A DNA stretch of 64,000 bases from an uncultured bacterium (GCA_963801165.1 CAWDDT010000009.1:352001-416000), one strand, 5' to 3'. Counted from the first letter of the stretch, positions 9,528 to 19,396 are shown. A program made the numbers and translations. The notes: generated from the sequence alone by a model not told the origin.

Positions 9528-10184
9528 GTGGACTCCTTGACCAGCTGGTTCCGGTACATGGGACACCGGCCGGGTGAGATCGTCCGGCTGACGTTACAGC
9601 ACGGCTGGTACGTACTCTCGGCTGCGATTGCTGCGGTGATAGTCGCGGTGGGTGTGGGCATCCTGGTTCGCCACCGTCCCATCGTGAGGGAGATCGCACT
9701 CGGCGTCACTGCCGTGTTCCTGACGATTCCGTCACTTGCCCTCTTCGTCATATTCCTCCCGCTGTTGCACCTGGGCTTCTGGCCGACGTTCGTCGCCTTG
9801 TTCATGTACGCGCTGCTGCCGATCCTGCGCAACACGGTGACCGGGCTCAACGAGGTGAGCCCCGCCGTGCTCGAGTCGGCGAAGGGAATGGGGTTGAGCT
9901 CACGGCAGCGACTGTGGCAAGTCGAGGTCCCACTGGCCTGGCCAGTGATCGTCGCCGGTATCCGGGTGTCGGTGCTGATGACCACGGGTATCGCCGCCAT
10001 TGCGGTTCTCGTTGGCGGCGGTGGGCTGGGGCACTACATCCAGGACTCGTTCAACCGTTACCCGCTGCCGAACTCGGTCGAGGCAGGGTGGACCGGGGTG
10101 GTCTTTACCATCGTGCTGGCCCTCGTCTTCGATGCGGCCATCAATGTCATCCGCAAACTCACAACCCCCGCAGGCATCAGATGA
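9528..10184 (+). CDS. Osmoprotectant ABC permease
   Basis: TIPSLALF, YALLPILRNT, ESAKGMGL (EAA loop), GGGGLG. Confidence 0.92.
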   Translation: MDSLTSWFRYMGHRPGEIVRLTLQHGWYVLSAAIAAVIVAVGVGILVRHRPIVREIALGVTAVFLTIPSLALFVIFLPLLHLGFWPTFVALFMYALLPILRNTVTGLNEVSPAVLESAKGMGLSSRQRLWQVEVPLAWPVIVAGIRVSVLMTTGIAAIAVLVGGGGLGHYIQDSFNRYPLPNSVEAGWTGVVFTIVLALVFDAAINVIRKLTTPAGIR

Positions 10185-10203
10185 CTAGCAAGGAGTCCCT
10201 GAC

Positions 10204-11385
10204 GTGACAACTCGACCACGAGAAGCCCTCATCCATCTCGATGAGGTCACCAAGATCTATCCGGGGACCGAAACGCCTGCGGTCGACTCGCTTACGATGG
10301 ACATGCCCGTCGGCGAGATTCTCGTACTGGTGGGACCGTCCGGTTGTGGCAAGAGCACCACTTTGCGGCTGATCAACCGCATGATCGAGCCGTCGTCCGG
10401 CCGGATCATCTTTGAAGGCGAGGATGTCACCAGTGTCAACCCCGACCTTCTGCGTCGTCGGATCGGCTACGTCATCCAGCAGATCGGGCTGTTCCCGCAC
10501 CGAACCATCGCCGAGAACATCGCCACCGTTCCCTCCCTCCTCGGCTGGGAGAAGAGCCGCATCCCGGCACGGGTGGACGAGTTGCTCGCAATGGTGGGGA
10601 TGGACCCGGCTATCTATCGGAACCGCTATCCCAAGGAGCTGTCGGGTGGTCAGGCGCAGCGGGTCGGAGTGGCCCGCGCCCTCGGAGCCGATCCGGATGT
10701 ACTGCTCATGGACGAGCCCTTTGGGGCCATCGACCCCATTACCAGGGATCGGCTGCAGAACGAGTTCCTGCGTCTCCAAGCGGAGCTCAAGAAGACCATC
10801 GTGTTTGTGACCCACGACATCGACGAGGCCATCAAGATGGGAGACCGTATCGCCATCTTGAAGGAGCAGTCCGTGATCGCCCAACTCGACACGCCGGAGC
10901 GTATTCTGGCGCAGCCCGCCAGCGAGTTCGTCGAGAACTTCCTCGGTGGTGGGGCGACACTGAAGGGTCTCAACTTGAGACGGGTCCGGGAGATCAAGCT
11001 GTACGACTACCCCGTCATTCGCGAGAAAGTGAGTAGGGAACAGGCGCTCCAGCAGCTTCAGGCCTCGGACGACGACTATCTGCTGATGCTCGATGGGGAA
11101 GGCCGCCCGGTGCGGTGGGTCGACGAGGAAAACCTCCACGATCCCTCCGTTCCGCTGCAGGAGGCGGGCCTCACGGTGACCGTGAAGGTTGAGCCCGAGG
11201 ACACCCTGGCCGACGCGCTCGAGTACATGCTGAAGTCGGCCCACGGAAGCGCATGTGTTGTCGACGAGAGCGGCCGCTTCACCGGGGCGATCCATCTCAA
11301 GACGATTATGCGCGAGATCGACTTGATGCAGGAGGCGGCTCGCCGTCACGCCGCTGAGCTGCGTGTCCAGGAGGGCTCAGAGTGA
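10204..11385 (+). CDS. Osmoprotectant ABC ATPase with CBS domains
   Basis: GPSGCGKST, LSGGQAQR, LLMDEPFGAID, C-terminal CBS pair. Confidence 0.93.
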   Translation: MTTRPREALIHLDEVTKIYPGTETPAVDSLTMDMPVGEILVLVGPSGCGKSTTLRLINRMIEPSSGRIIFEGEDVTSVNPDLLRRRIGYVIQQIGLFPHRTIAENIATVPSLLGWEKSRIPARVDELLAMVGMDPAIYRNRYPKELSGGQAQRVGVARALGADPDVLLMDEPFGAIDPITRDRLQNEFLRLQAELKKTIVFVTHDIDEAIKMGDRIAILKEQSVIAQLDTPERILAQPASEFVENFLGGGATLKGLNLRRVREIKLYDYPVIREKVSREQALQQLQASDDDYLLMLDGEGRPVRWVDEENLHDPSVPLQEAGLTVTVKVEPEDTLADALEYMLKSAHGSACVVDESGRFTGAIHLKTIMREIDLMQEAARRHAAELRVQEGSE

Positions 11386-12182
11386 CCACGGCAACCGACA
11401 CAACGGCTGCGACCGGCGGGGGGTGGTTTCTGAGCCGGGTTCGAGCCGGATCCGGCGCTGTCGGCGAGTGGATCGGCCTCATTATCACTCCGGTGATGGC
11501 CCTGGTCCTCGCTGTGACGATGCTGCTCGTCTGGACCAATGGCACCATCGACCCCACCACCCACCGCATCATGCAGAGTGCCAAGGTGTGGAAGCAGATC
11601 AGGGGCCATCTCTACTTGACTGCCTGGTCGACGGTTCTGGTCATATTGATCGCGGTCCCCTTGGGCATCTTTCTCACCCGTCCCAGGTACAAGCGCTTCT
11701 CCGGGCCGGTGCTGACCTTTGCCAGTTCGGGGCAGGCGATCCCCGCCTACGGTCTCCTCGCACTGTTCTACATGTGGCTCGGCACCGGGCAGTTGCCCGC
11801 CATCAGCGCCCTCGTGCTCTACGCCATCCTGCCGGTGCTCCGCAACACCATCGTCGGGTTGGAGCAGGTGGATCAGGCGGTCATCGAAGCGGGCCGCGGC
11901 ATGGGAATGTCGAAGGCGCAAGCGTTACGCCGGATTGAGCTTCCTCTCTCGGTGCCGGTGATCCTGGCGGGGGTCAGGACCGCGTTGGTAATCAACGTGG
12001 GGATGGCAGCCCTCGCCGTCTTCATCGGCGGCGGTGGTCTCGGGGAGACCATCCTCAGCGGATTGAAGCTGCAGCGCGACATCGCAACCTTCGAGGGTGC
12101 CGCAATCGTGGCGATGCTGGCGTTGGCAATCGACTGGGTCGCGGCAGTAGCCGAGCGATTCCTGCGCCCCAAAGGTACGTAG
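11382..12182 (+). CDS. Osmoprotectant ABC permease 2
   Basis: YAILPVLRNT, EAGRGMGMS, GGGGLG. Confidence 0.92.
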   Translation: MTTATDTTAATGGGWFLSRVRAGSGAVGEWIGLIITPVMALVLAVTMLLVWTNGTIDPTTHRIMQSAKVWKQIRGHLYLTAWSTVLVILIAVPLGIFLTRPRYKRFSGPVLTFASSGQAIPAYGLLALFYMWLGTGQLPAISALVLYAILPVLRNTIVGLEQVDQAVIEAGRGMGMSKAQALRRIELPLSVPVILAGVRTALVINVGMAALAVFIGGGGLGETILSGLKLQRDIATFEGAAIVAMLALAIDWVAAVAERFLRPKGT

Positions 12183-12204
12183 ATTCCTCCCGCCGCAAAG
12201 GTAT

Positions 12205-12390
12205 GTGATCGTGACTACCGAAGCCAAAGACGACTCGCCGATCAAGATCTGTGCGTTCGAGCCATGCACCTGTCCGGTCGATGAGAAGGTCAATCACTGC
12301 GGCCCCACCTGCCGTCTCGGTATCGGAGAGCGGGCCGAGCCCTGCAAGTGCGGTCATGCCGGCTGCAAGGTGTCGATAGGTGAGGGCTGA
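12205..12390 (+). CDS. Putative bacterial metallothionein (SmtA/BmtA-like)
   Basis: 61 aa with 8 Cys and 2 His: CAFEPCTC..HCGPTC..CKCGHAGC, echoing SmtA CACEPCLC..YCSEAC..GCGHTGC. Confidence 0.7.
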   Translation: MIVTTEAKDDSPIKICAFEPCTCPVDEKVNHCGPTCRLGIGERAEPCKCGHAGCKVSIGEG

Positions 12391-12396
12391 GGTTGC

Positions 12397-14412
12397 TCAG
12401 TCGTCGGTCTCGCCGGACTGAGGTGCTGGCGGCTCGTCACCGGTTCTGGACAGCCTAATTATCAGCCGGTCCCGCGCCTCGCCACTGCCGAAGGCCGTTA
12501 TCGCGTCGCCCGCCTGGAGGCGGGTGTGTCCGCTGGCGACCAGCAGCGAGGTGCCCCGGTGGACGGAAACCACCAGACATCCCTCAGGCCACGGGATCTC
12601 GCTGACAGCTCGCCCGTCTGCGATCGATCCGGGTGGGATCTGAAGCTCGAAGAACTCGGCGCCCGTCTGGGTGCGCGCCTTGAGCCGCTCCGGGAGGTTC
12701 CCGGCCCGTGTATGGGCGCTGAGCGCCTGGTGATACGCGGCGATGACACTCTCCCGCATGAAGATGCCGACCAGGTGGCTCCGCTCCCGGTCGTCGACGA
12801 TCGGCAGCCGGCCGACACCAAGTGCTGCCATCCGTTCCAGCGCCTCCGAAACCGGGGTGTCGCGATTGACCGTCACCGGGTTTGGGGTCATCGCTTCCCT
12901 GGCGGCGACCTGGTCTGACGGCCCGCCCGCTCTGGCAATGTCGGACTCGGAGATAACCCCCACGAGCTTGCCGTCGGCGATGACCGGTGCTCCGTGCAGC
13001 CGGTGGCGTTGCATCACACCCTGCACCTGCCCCAGGGAGTCGTCCGGCGACACTGTCACCGGTTGCGGGCTTGCGACGTCGCCGACCCGCACGGTATCGA
13101 GCAGATCGGTCACCCCGGCCCGGGCCGGGTGGATCCCCATCCGGGTCAGTGGGGCGGTGTAGGCACTCTCCGGCCGGACCCGCCCTGCCAGGATCGTGCT
13201 GATTGCCGTTGCCACCATGAGCGGCAGCACGAGGCCGTAGTCGCCGGTCACCTCGAAAACGATCAGGATCGAGGTCATGGGCGCACGTGCCACCGCAGAG
13301 AACGTTGCCGCCATCCCGACCAGGGCGAACGCACCGGGCTGGACGAGGCCCAGTTTCCATAGTGGCGCGACGAGCAGGGCAAACGCGGAGCCGGTGGTGG
13401 CGCCGATGAACAGGCTGGGCATGAAGATGCCCCCCGCCCCCCTGCCACCGAGGGTGGCTGCGGTGGCGATTGCTTTCATCACTCCCATGATCGCCAGGGT
13501 CCACCAGGCGAGATTTGTCTCGTTGCGGAGGACCTGGCCGACGAATGTCTGGCCGGTGCCGAGTATCTCTTTGTGCAAGAGGCCGAGGCTCGCCACGAGC
13601 AGACCTGCCATGAGGGGCCGGGTCCATGCAGGCAGACGGTCCGGGGTCGAGGTGAACCAATCGAGAGCCACCAGGTAGAGCCACGCCGTCGCCACCGTTA
13701 CCAGGCCGAGGAGCCCGTAGAGCAGAAGCAGCCTGGGATCGTCGAGGGCATAGCCGCGCACGCTGAAGGTCAGATTTTCGCCGAGGACACTGTGGGCCAC
13801 GACGGCGCCGGCGACCGACGCGATGATGATGGTGTGGACGTGGCGGAGCGAGAAGTCGCGCAGGATCACCTCGAGAGCAAAGAACATGCCGGCTATGGGA
13901 GCGTTGAAAGTGGCGCTGATCCCGGCGCCCGCACCAGCGGCGACCAGGACGATCGTGTCGTTTTCCCCGAGACGGGCGACCCGAGCCAGCCACGAGCCGA
14001 TCGAGGACCCGATCTGGGCAATCGAGCCCTCGCGCCCGGCTGAGCCGCCCGAGCCGATGGTGAGTGCCGTGGCAACAGTCTTGAGCGCCATCACTCTCGT
14101 TCTGATGTAGCCGCCTCGCACGGTTATCGCCGCCACGATCTGTGGAACGCCGTGCCCCGCTACCTCGGGGCCCAGCCACGTGATCAACCGCCAGGCGAGC
14201 CAGATGCCAAATGGCAATACGAGCAGGAGGCCTACCTCGCCGCTCGAGATGTGACCGACGAGCCAGTCCGCCACCCAGGCCACCCATTCGATCGCCTGGA
14301 TGAGGACGATCGCGCCGGCGCCGGCGCCCACGCCAACGGCAGCGGTGAGGACTATGAGCCGTGGGGTTTTGCCGATCCGGAGGGAGGACAGCGGTCGCGC
14401 CAGCAGGGACAT
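12397..14412 (-). CDS. ClC chloride channel/H+ antiporter with CBS and TrkA-C domains
   Basis: GHGVP, GSAGREGS, FNAPIAG, GGIFMP; CBS pair; C-terminal RCK_C. Confidence 0.93.
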   Translation of the reverse strand: MSLLARPLSSLRIGKTPRLIVLTAAVGVGAGAGAIVLIQAIEWVAWVADWLVGHISSGEVGLLLVLPFGIWLAWRLITWLGPEVAGHGVPQIVAAITVRGGYIRTRVMALKTVATALTIGSGGSAGREGSIAQIGSSIGSWLARVARLGENDTIVLVAAGAGAGISATFNAPIAGMFFALEVILRDFSLRHVHTIIIASVAGAVVAHSVLGENLTFSVRGYALDDPRLLLLYGLLGLVTVATAWLYLVALDWFTSTPDRLPAWTRPLMAGLLVASLGLLHKEILGTGQTFVGQVLRNETNLAWWTLAIMGVMKAIATAATLGGRGAGGIFMPSLFIGATTGSAFALLVAPLWKLGLVQPGAFALVGMAATFSAVARAPMTSILIVFEVTGDYGLVLPLMVATAISTILAGRVRPESAYTAPLTRMGIHPARAGVTDLLDTVRVGDVASPQPVTVSPDDSLGQVQGVMQRHRLHGAPVIADGKLVGVISESDIARAGGPSDQVAAREAMTPNPVTVNRDTPVSEALERMAALGVGRLPIVDDRERSHLVGIFMRESVIAAYHQALSAHTRAGNLPERLKARTQTGAEFFELQIPPGSIADGRAVSEIPWPEGCLVVSVHRGTSLLVASGHTRLQAGDAITAFGSGEARDRLIIRLSRTGDEPPAPQSGETDD

Positions 14413-14460
14413 ATGCCCTGATAGTAGATCCCGGAAGTTGTCCGGACAGTGACTTGTGTG

Positions 14461-14910
14461 TCAGTCGGGGCGCACGGGCGCGTCGAGACCCCATCCTTCG
14501 GCCAGATTGGCGGCGAGTCGGCGCAATACCGTGCCGAAGACCGCCAGATCCTCCTCCGTGTTGCCGGCCAGCAGCCGACGCTCGTAGTCGAGCGCCACAG
14601 TGTGCAGCGCCTCGAACCGCTTCTCGCCGGTGGTCGTGAGGCGCACCCCAACTGCCCGCCGGTCGGTGGTAGAGCGCGTCCGCGTCACCAAACCCTCGTG
14701 CTCCAGACGATCGAGGTGGTGGGTAAGGGTTGCGCCCTTGATACCGATCATCCGGGCCAGCTCGCTCTGGGTCTGTGCACCCCGGTACTTGATCGCAACC
14801 AGGACGAGCCACGCCGGAAGGCTGCCACCCGCTTCAGCAAGTGACGCGTTGAAGGCCTGCTGCGCCATATGTGCCACGTAATGAAGTTGTCGTCCCAGCG
14901 GCGGTTCCAC
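14461..14910 (-). CDS. MarR-family regulator
   Basis: TQSELARMIGIKGATLTHHLDRLE..DRRAVGVRLT; divergent from the oxidoreductase. Confidence 0.92.
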   Translation of the reverse strand: MEPPLGRQLHYVAHMAQQAFNASLAEAGGSLPAWLVLVAIKYRGAQTQSELARMIGIKGATLTHHLDRLEHEGLVTRTRSTTDRRAVGVRLTTTGEKRFEALHTVALDYERRLLAGNTEEDLAVFGTVLRRLAANLAEGWGLDAPVRPD

Positions 14911-14919
14911 ACACTCACA

Positions 14920-14970
14920 TTAGATAGGTTTCATATCGTTTGACATCAAACCATTAGATACCTAAGGTTA
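14920..14970. promoter_or_regulatory. Divergent promoter with probable MarR operators
   Basis: Palindromes GTTTGA-CA-TCAAAC (14938-14951) and TTAG-ATAC-CTAA; TTGACA -35. Confidence 0.5.
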
Positions 14971-14995
14971 CCGGAGTACTACTTCGGGAGAGACG

Positions 14996-16360
14996 ATGAA
15001 CGCCAGTGATGTTTCCAAGCTGAGGGAGTTGGTGCGGGGACGGGTCCTCGAGCCGTCCGATGCGGGCTACGAACAGGTCCGATCGGTCTTCTACCGGGGT
15101 TACGATCGCCACCCCGCCGCCATCGTGAGACCGCGGGACGGCGCCGATGTGGCCGCCGCCGTGACCCTGGCCACAGCCACCGGGGCCGAGCTTGCCGTGC
15201 GGAGCGGCGGGCACAGCATTGCCGGCCACGGGGCGACGGAAGGTGGCATCGTCATCGACATGCGCGACATGCGCGCCTTCGACATCGACACGGACGGTCG
15301 AACGGCCTGGGCCGGCACCGGGCTCACCGCCGGCGAGTACACCAGGGCGGCAGGCGCCCACGGTCTAGCCACCGGTTTTGGAGACACCGGGTCCGTGGGT
15401 ATCGGTGGGATCACGCTCGCCGGCGGTATCGGCTTGCTCGTCCGCAAGTACGGTCTGACCATCGACAGCTTGCTCGCCGCCGAGATCGTCACTGCGGATG
15501 GCCGGTTGCTCCGGGTCGACGGCGACAATCACCCCGACCTCTTCTGGGCCATCCGCGGCGGCGGTGGCAACTTCGGCGTGGCCACAAGGTTCCGGTACCG
15601 TCTCCACGAGGTCGACCGCGTTGTCGGCGGGATTCTCGTCCTGCCCGCAGCACCCGACGTCGTACTCGGATTGGTGGCCCTGGCCGAGGAGGCTTCCGAC
15701 GACCTCACGACGATCTTCAACCTGATGAAGGCGCCGCCCCTCCCGTTCATACCTCCCGAGTATCACGGCGAGCCTGTGGTCGCCTGCATGATGATTCACG
15801 CCGGCGACCTCGATGCCGGTGAGCGCGCCGCCGACCGCGTTCGCAAGGTGGCCCCACCGATCGTCGACATGGTCAAGCCGATACGGTATCCCGAGTTCTT
15901 CGAGTTCGGCGGTGCGCCGCCGTCGGTCGAGCACGAGGTCTCCCACACGAGGTTCCTCGATGAGATCGACAAGCGGCTCGTTGCCGGGCTACTCGAGCAA
16001 GTCGCATGGTCTCCCGCCCGGCTAGCCAGCGCCCAGCTGCGGGTGCTCGGCGGGGCGATGGCCCGGGTGCCGGAGGCTGCGACCGCGTTCGCCCATCGGG
16101 GCAGAAAGTACTTGGCGACGGTGGGTGCCGCCTACGAAGACGGTGCTGAGACATCAGTGCACGAGGAATGGATCCGTCGGGTGACGAGCCTGTTCACCCC
16201 CGAGAACCCCGGTGCGTACAGCGGCTTTCTCGGTACCGATGGCGCCGCCCGCATCCACGAGGCGTATCCCGGCCGGACCCGGGACCAGCTCGTGGAGATC
16301 AAGCGACGCTACGACCCCGACAATCTGTTCCGGCTCAACCACAACATCGACGCAGGCTGA
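14996..16360 (+). CDS. FAD-linked oxidoreductase (BBE/VAO family)
   Basis: RSGGHS flavinylation motif, DLFWAIRGGGGNFGV, KRRYDPDNLFRLNHNI. Confidence 0.93.
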   Translation: MNASDVSKLRELVRGRVLEPSDAGYEQVRSVFYRGYDRHPAAIVRPRDGADVAAAVTLATATGAELAVRSGGHSIAGHGATEGGIVIDMRDMRAFDIDTDGRTAWAGTGLTAGEYTRAAGAHGLATGFGDTGSVGIGGITLAGGIGLLVRKYGLTIDSLLAAEIVTADGRLLRVDGDNHPDLFWAIRGGGGNFGVATRFRYRLHEVDRVVGGILVLPAAPDVVLGLVALAEEASDDLTTIFNLMKAPPLPFIPPEYHGEPVVACMMIHAGDLDAGERAADRVRKVAPPIVDMVKPIRYPEFFEFGGAPPSVEHEVSHTRFLDEIDKRLVAGLLEQVAWSPARLASAQLRVLGGAMARVPEAATAFAHRGRKYLATVGAAYEDGAETSVHEEWIRRVTSLFTPENPGAYSGFLGTDGAARIHEAYPGRTRDQLVEIKRRYDPDNLFRLNHNIDAG

Positions 16361-16375
16361 GCGCGACACCTCGGG

Positions 16376-17416
16376 TCAACGAAGGATGAGCAGCGAGTCA
16401 CCGAACTCGTGCCAGCGATAACCGTCGTCGAGCGCCCTTGTGTAGCACCTCTCGAGTAGCTCCCGTCCTGCGACCGCCTCGAGGAGACGCAGGTGTGACG
16501 AGCGGGGCTCGTGCCATCCGGTGACGAGACCGTCGATCGTGGCCGGCGGTCGGTCCGGCGTGACCAGGAGGTTGGTCACTCCTTTTCCGGGGTGCAGATT
16601 CCCGCTGGTGTCGGCGACCGTCTCGAGCGCCCGCACGACCGTGGTTCCTATTGCGATGATCCTCCCGCCACCGTCCCGGAGCGCGTTGCCAATCCGGGCG
16701 GTGGCGGCGGGAACTTCGAATCGCTCGTCACCGGGGATCTCGCCCTCCTCGAAGGACGAAAGTCCGGTGTGCAGCACTATGGGTAGCACGGCGACACCGC
16801 CTGTGATCAACCGGGTCACCAACTCGGTGGTGAACGGCCTGCCTGCGCTCGGCATCTCGGCCGATCCGGGCTCGGTGGCGAACACGGTCTGGTAGTCGGA
16901 CAGCGGCCAATTGCCCGTGCTGGCATAGCGGATGGGGCCGCCGTGGACCGCAAGGTAGCGGGCGACGTCGTCGGTGCCCGAAACGGACGCTATCCACAGT
17001 CGCGACGAGCGCGGGTGGTGGGTGACCAGCTCGATGACGGCGCCACCCTCGAGGTGGACGAGCTGCGGGTCGAGGTCGGGTCCCGGCGTCGAGCCGTTGC
17101 CGTTGTTGGTACGCAGCTCGACGGACCACAGCCCCCCGTCCACCGGAGCAGCAAAGTGCACCCGGAGCCCGGCGCCTTCCGCGGTGCGGGCGTCGACGGC
17201 CGCCGGGATGGTGCGAGAAGTGTTGACGACAACCGCGTCACCGGGACGGAGCCAGTCCGGGAGATCCAGGAACCGGCCTTGGCTGATGGTGGCGGCGTTC
17301 CGGTCGGCAACCATGAGCCGCACCTCGTCACGCCGGATGCCGCGCCGCTCGGGAGGTGTCGCCGCCCAGCGTTCGGCGGGGAGCACGAAGTCGAGCGGCC
17401 GGGCAACGACGGTCAT
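16376..17416 (-). CDS. QueA-like protein (SAM:tRNA ribosyltransferase-isomerase family)
   Basis: LRPGDAVVVNTS, YQTVFATEPGSAEMPSAGRPFT, AIGTTVVRALE, GWHEPRSSHL, HEFGDSLLI; ATG overlaps the SDR stop (ATGA). Confidence 0.85.
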   Translation of the reverse strand: MTVVARPLDFVLPAERWAATPPERRGIRRDEVRLMVADRNAATISQGRFLDLPDWLRPGDAVVVNTSRTIPAAVDARTAEGAGLRVHFAAPVDGGLWSVELRTNNGNGSTPGPDLDPQLVHLEGGAVIELVTHHPRSSRLWIASVSGTDDVARYLAVHGGPIRYASTGNWPLSDYQTVFATEPGSAEMPSAGRPFTTELVTRLITGGVAVLPIVLHTGLSSFEEGEIPGDERFEVPAATARIGNALRDGGGRIIAIGTTVVRALETVADTSGNLHPGKGVTNLLVTPDRPPATIDGLVTGWHEPRSSHLRLLEAVAGRELLERCYTRALDDGYRWHEFGDSLLILR

Positions 17417-18108
17417 TCGGCGTCGCCCTGGTTCGCCCGGTACCACCCGGAAGGCTGCCCGCTCTCGATCAGTCCGAGCAACGAGGGGACGCTTGCCTCG
17501 GGCTGCGGACGATCGGAGATGTCCTCGCCGGGAAACGCCTCCTGGTGCATCTGCGTGTTCATGTCGCCCGGATCGAACCAGAGCACGCGGACCTTGTCTT
17601 CCTCGGCGGCGAGTACGTGCGACAGCTCGTTCAGTGCGGCCTTGGCCGACCCGTACCCGCCCCACCCGGCGTAGCCCTCGGAGGCTGCATCGGAGGTGAT
17701 GTTGACGACCGTTCCGGAGCTGTCACGAAGCAGCGGGAGTGCCGTCTGGATGAGAGCGAGCGGTGCGAGCACGTTTGTCTCGTAGACCCGGCGCAGCACG
17801 TCGAGCGGGTATCCGGCGAGTGGCGGCTGCGGGCTGGGCCCAAGCATCGAGGCGTTGTTGATCAGCAAGTCGAGCCCGCCCATTCGCCCGGCGGCGGCGG
17901 CGAGCTGGTTGCGATGGTCGGCGGCCGTGACGTCGCCGGCGATCGCAGTGACCGTTGTCGAGCGGCCGAGCTCGGTTGCCGCGGCCTCGAGGGCGGGTGC
18001 TCCCCGGGCGTCGATGACCAGGCTCCAACCTGCGGCGGCGAGGGCACGGGCGGTGGCGAGCCCGAGCCCGCGCGAAGCACCTGTGATGATTGCGATTCTT
18101 GTCATCAT
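17413..18108 (-). CDS. Short-chain dehydrogenase/reductase
   Basis: ITGASRGLG, NNAS, YGSAK; start at 18108 or 18105. Confidence 0.93.
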   Translation of the reverse strand: MMTRIAIITGASRGLGLATARALAAAGWSLVIDARGAPALEAAATELGRSTTVTAIAGDVTAADHRNQLAAAAGRMGGLDLLINNASMLGPSPQPPLAGYPLDVLRRVYETNVLAPLALIQTALPLLRDSSGTVVNITSDAASEGYAGWGGYGSAKAALNELSHVLAAEEDKVRVLWFDPGDMNTQMHQEAFPGEDISDRPQPEASVPSLLGLIESGQPSGWYRANQGDAE

Positions 18109-18111
18109 CCC

Positions 18112-18142
18112 ACGGTACAACTTCAAGGTCGCTTCAAGTCAA
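18112..18142 (-). promoter_or_regulatory. MerR/SoxR-type promoter of the SDR-queA-like operon
   Basis: TTGACT-19 bp-TACCGT with imperfect dyad CTTGAAG-CGAC-CTTGAAG resembling the SoxR box CCTCAAG-TTAA-CTTGAGG; leaderless geometry. Confidence 0.65.
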
Positions 18143-18208
18143 GATATTGAACTCGAATACATCCGCCCTCACGGCTCGTATTGTCCGCAGGTCGGGAAGT
18201 GTGAGGTC

Positions 18209-18826
18209 CTAGAAGCCGCGTGCGGCCAGCTCCTGTCCGAGCTGCTCCGGATCGATGAAGCGGATGGTGTCGAATCCGAGTTCGGCTGCAGCGGCGATGT
18301 TCTTCTGGCTGTCGTCGATGAAGATGCACTCTGAAGCGGTGCGCCCGATACGGTCTAGCGCTATCCGATAGAGGTCCGCGTCCGGTTTGATCAGCTTCTC
18401 CTCACCGGACACGATGATTTGCTCGAACCAGTCGAGAAAACGGTATCGCTCCCTGGCGATGGGGAAAGTCTCTGTAGACCAGTTGGTGAGTGCGTTCAGC
18501 TCGTGGCCTGCTTCTTTCAGACGACGGAGGATATCGACCGAACCTTCGATGGCTCCACCCAGCATCTCGTCCCACCGTGTCCAGTAGGCGGTGATCAGAT
18601 CTGTGTGCTCGGGAAACTCGGCCGTGAGGAGGGCCACGCCTTCGGCCCAGGTCCGGCCGGCATCGTGCTGTACGTTCCACTCCATGGTGGCCACTTCGGC
18701 GAGAAACCACTCCATCTCGTCCTCGTTGTCGAAGAGCTTGCGGTACAGGTGACGAGGGTCCCAGTCGATGAGCACGCCGCCAATGTCGAAGAGGAGGCCC
18801 CGATCAGGTCGTGAGGTATCGGTCAT
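18209..18826 (-). CDS. HAD-superfamily hydrolase
   Basis: LFDIGGVLIDW, ALTNWS, KPD, FIDDS. Confidence 0.9.
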   Translation of the reverse strand: MTDTSRPDRGLLFDIGGVLIDWDPRHLYRKLFDNEDEMEWFLAEVATMEWNVQHDAGRTWAEGVALLTAEFPEHTDLITAYWTRWDEMLGGAIEGSVDILRRLKEAGHELNALTNWSTETFPIARERYRFLDWFEQIIVSGEEKLIKPDADLYRIALDRIGRTASECIFIDDSQKNIAAAAELGFDTIRFIDPEQLGQELAARGF

Positions 18827-18867
18827 GGCTGCACTCTATGCCACATGCGCGCCAACCTGAAACGGGG

Positions 18868-18897
18868 TTGACATCGCTGACTTGAGCGCTATATATA
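18868..18897 (+). promoter_or_regulatory. sigmaA-like promoter of hsp20 with an HspR (HAIR) half-site
   Basis: TTGACA at 18868, TATATA-rich -10; CTTGAGC at 18881 matches only one HAIR arm. Confidence 0.45.
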
Positions 18898-18958
18898 TAG
18901 ATTATCTGATACATGACGCGGGACAGAGATGAGCCCGCAGGACGAAAGGAGTGAAACG

Positions 18959-19378
18959 ATGTTGCGCATGGATCCTTTCGAGGAGATGGATCGGATGCTC
19001 AATACGTTCGGTGGTCGTTGGCGCGGAGGGATGATGCCGCTCGATGCTTTTGAGAAGGACGGCATTTATACCCTTCGTTTCGACGTCCCCGGTGTTGATC
19101 CGGACAACGTCGACCTCACGGTCGAAGGCAGCATGCTGACTGTCACCGCGGACCGTCCGATCGAGGAGACCGAGGGTGCGACCTGGTTGCTCAGGGAGCG
19201 GCCGTCGGGCTCTCACAGCCGCGAGGTCAGGCTCGGTGACCGGCTCGACACAAGCCAGGTGAAGGCAAGCTACGACAACGGTGTGCTCACCGTCGAGATC
19301 CCGATGCGTGCCGAGGCCAGACCGCACAGGGTTGCGATCAAGGGCGGGGACAACGAGAAGCTAACCGCCGGGGTCTGA
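18959..19378 (+). CDS. Hsp20/alpha-crystallin small heat shock protein
   Basis: MLRMDPF, FDVPGVD, ASYDNGVLTVEIP; AAGGAG RBS. Confidence 0.93.
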   Translation: MLRMDPFEEMDRMLNTFGGRWRGGMMPLDAFEKDGIYTLRFDVPGVDPDNVDLTVEGSMLTVTADRPIEETEGATWLLRERPSGSHSREVRLGDRLDTSQVKASYDNGVLTVEIPMRAEARPHRVAIKGGDNEKLTAGV

Positions 19379-19396
19379 ACATCGAGAGGCAGTAGT

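Noticed and set aside
12397-14412. Fluoride-specific CLC-F
   Set aside because: Has GHGVP/GREGS rather than the GNNLI/GREGT signature
12584-14812. 742-aa Arg/Gly/Pro-rich ORF and many similar overlapping ORFs
   Set aside because: Alternative-frame artefacts of high-GC coding DNA overlapping well-supported genes
18881-18901. Full HspR HAIR operator
   Set aside because: Only the CTTGAG half-site matches; the second arm does not
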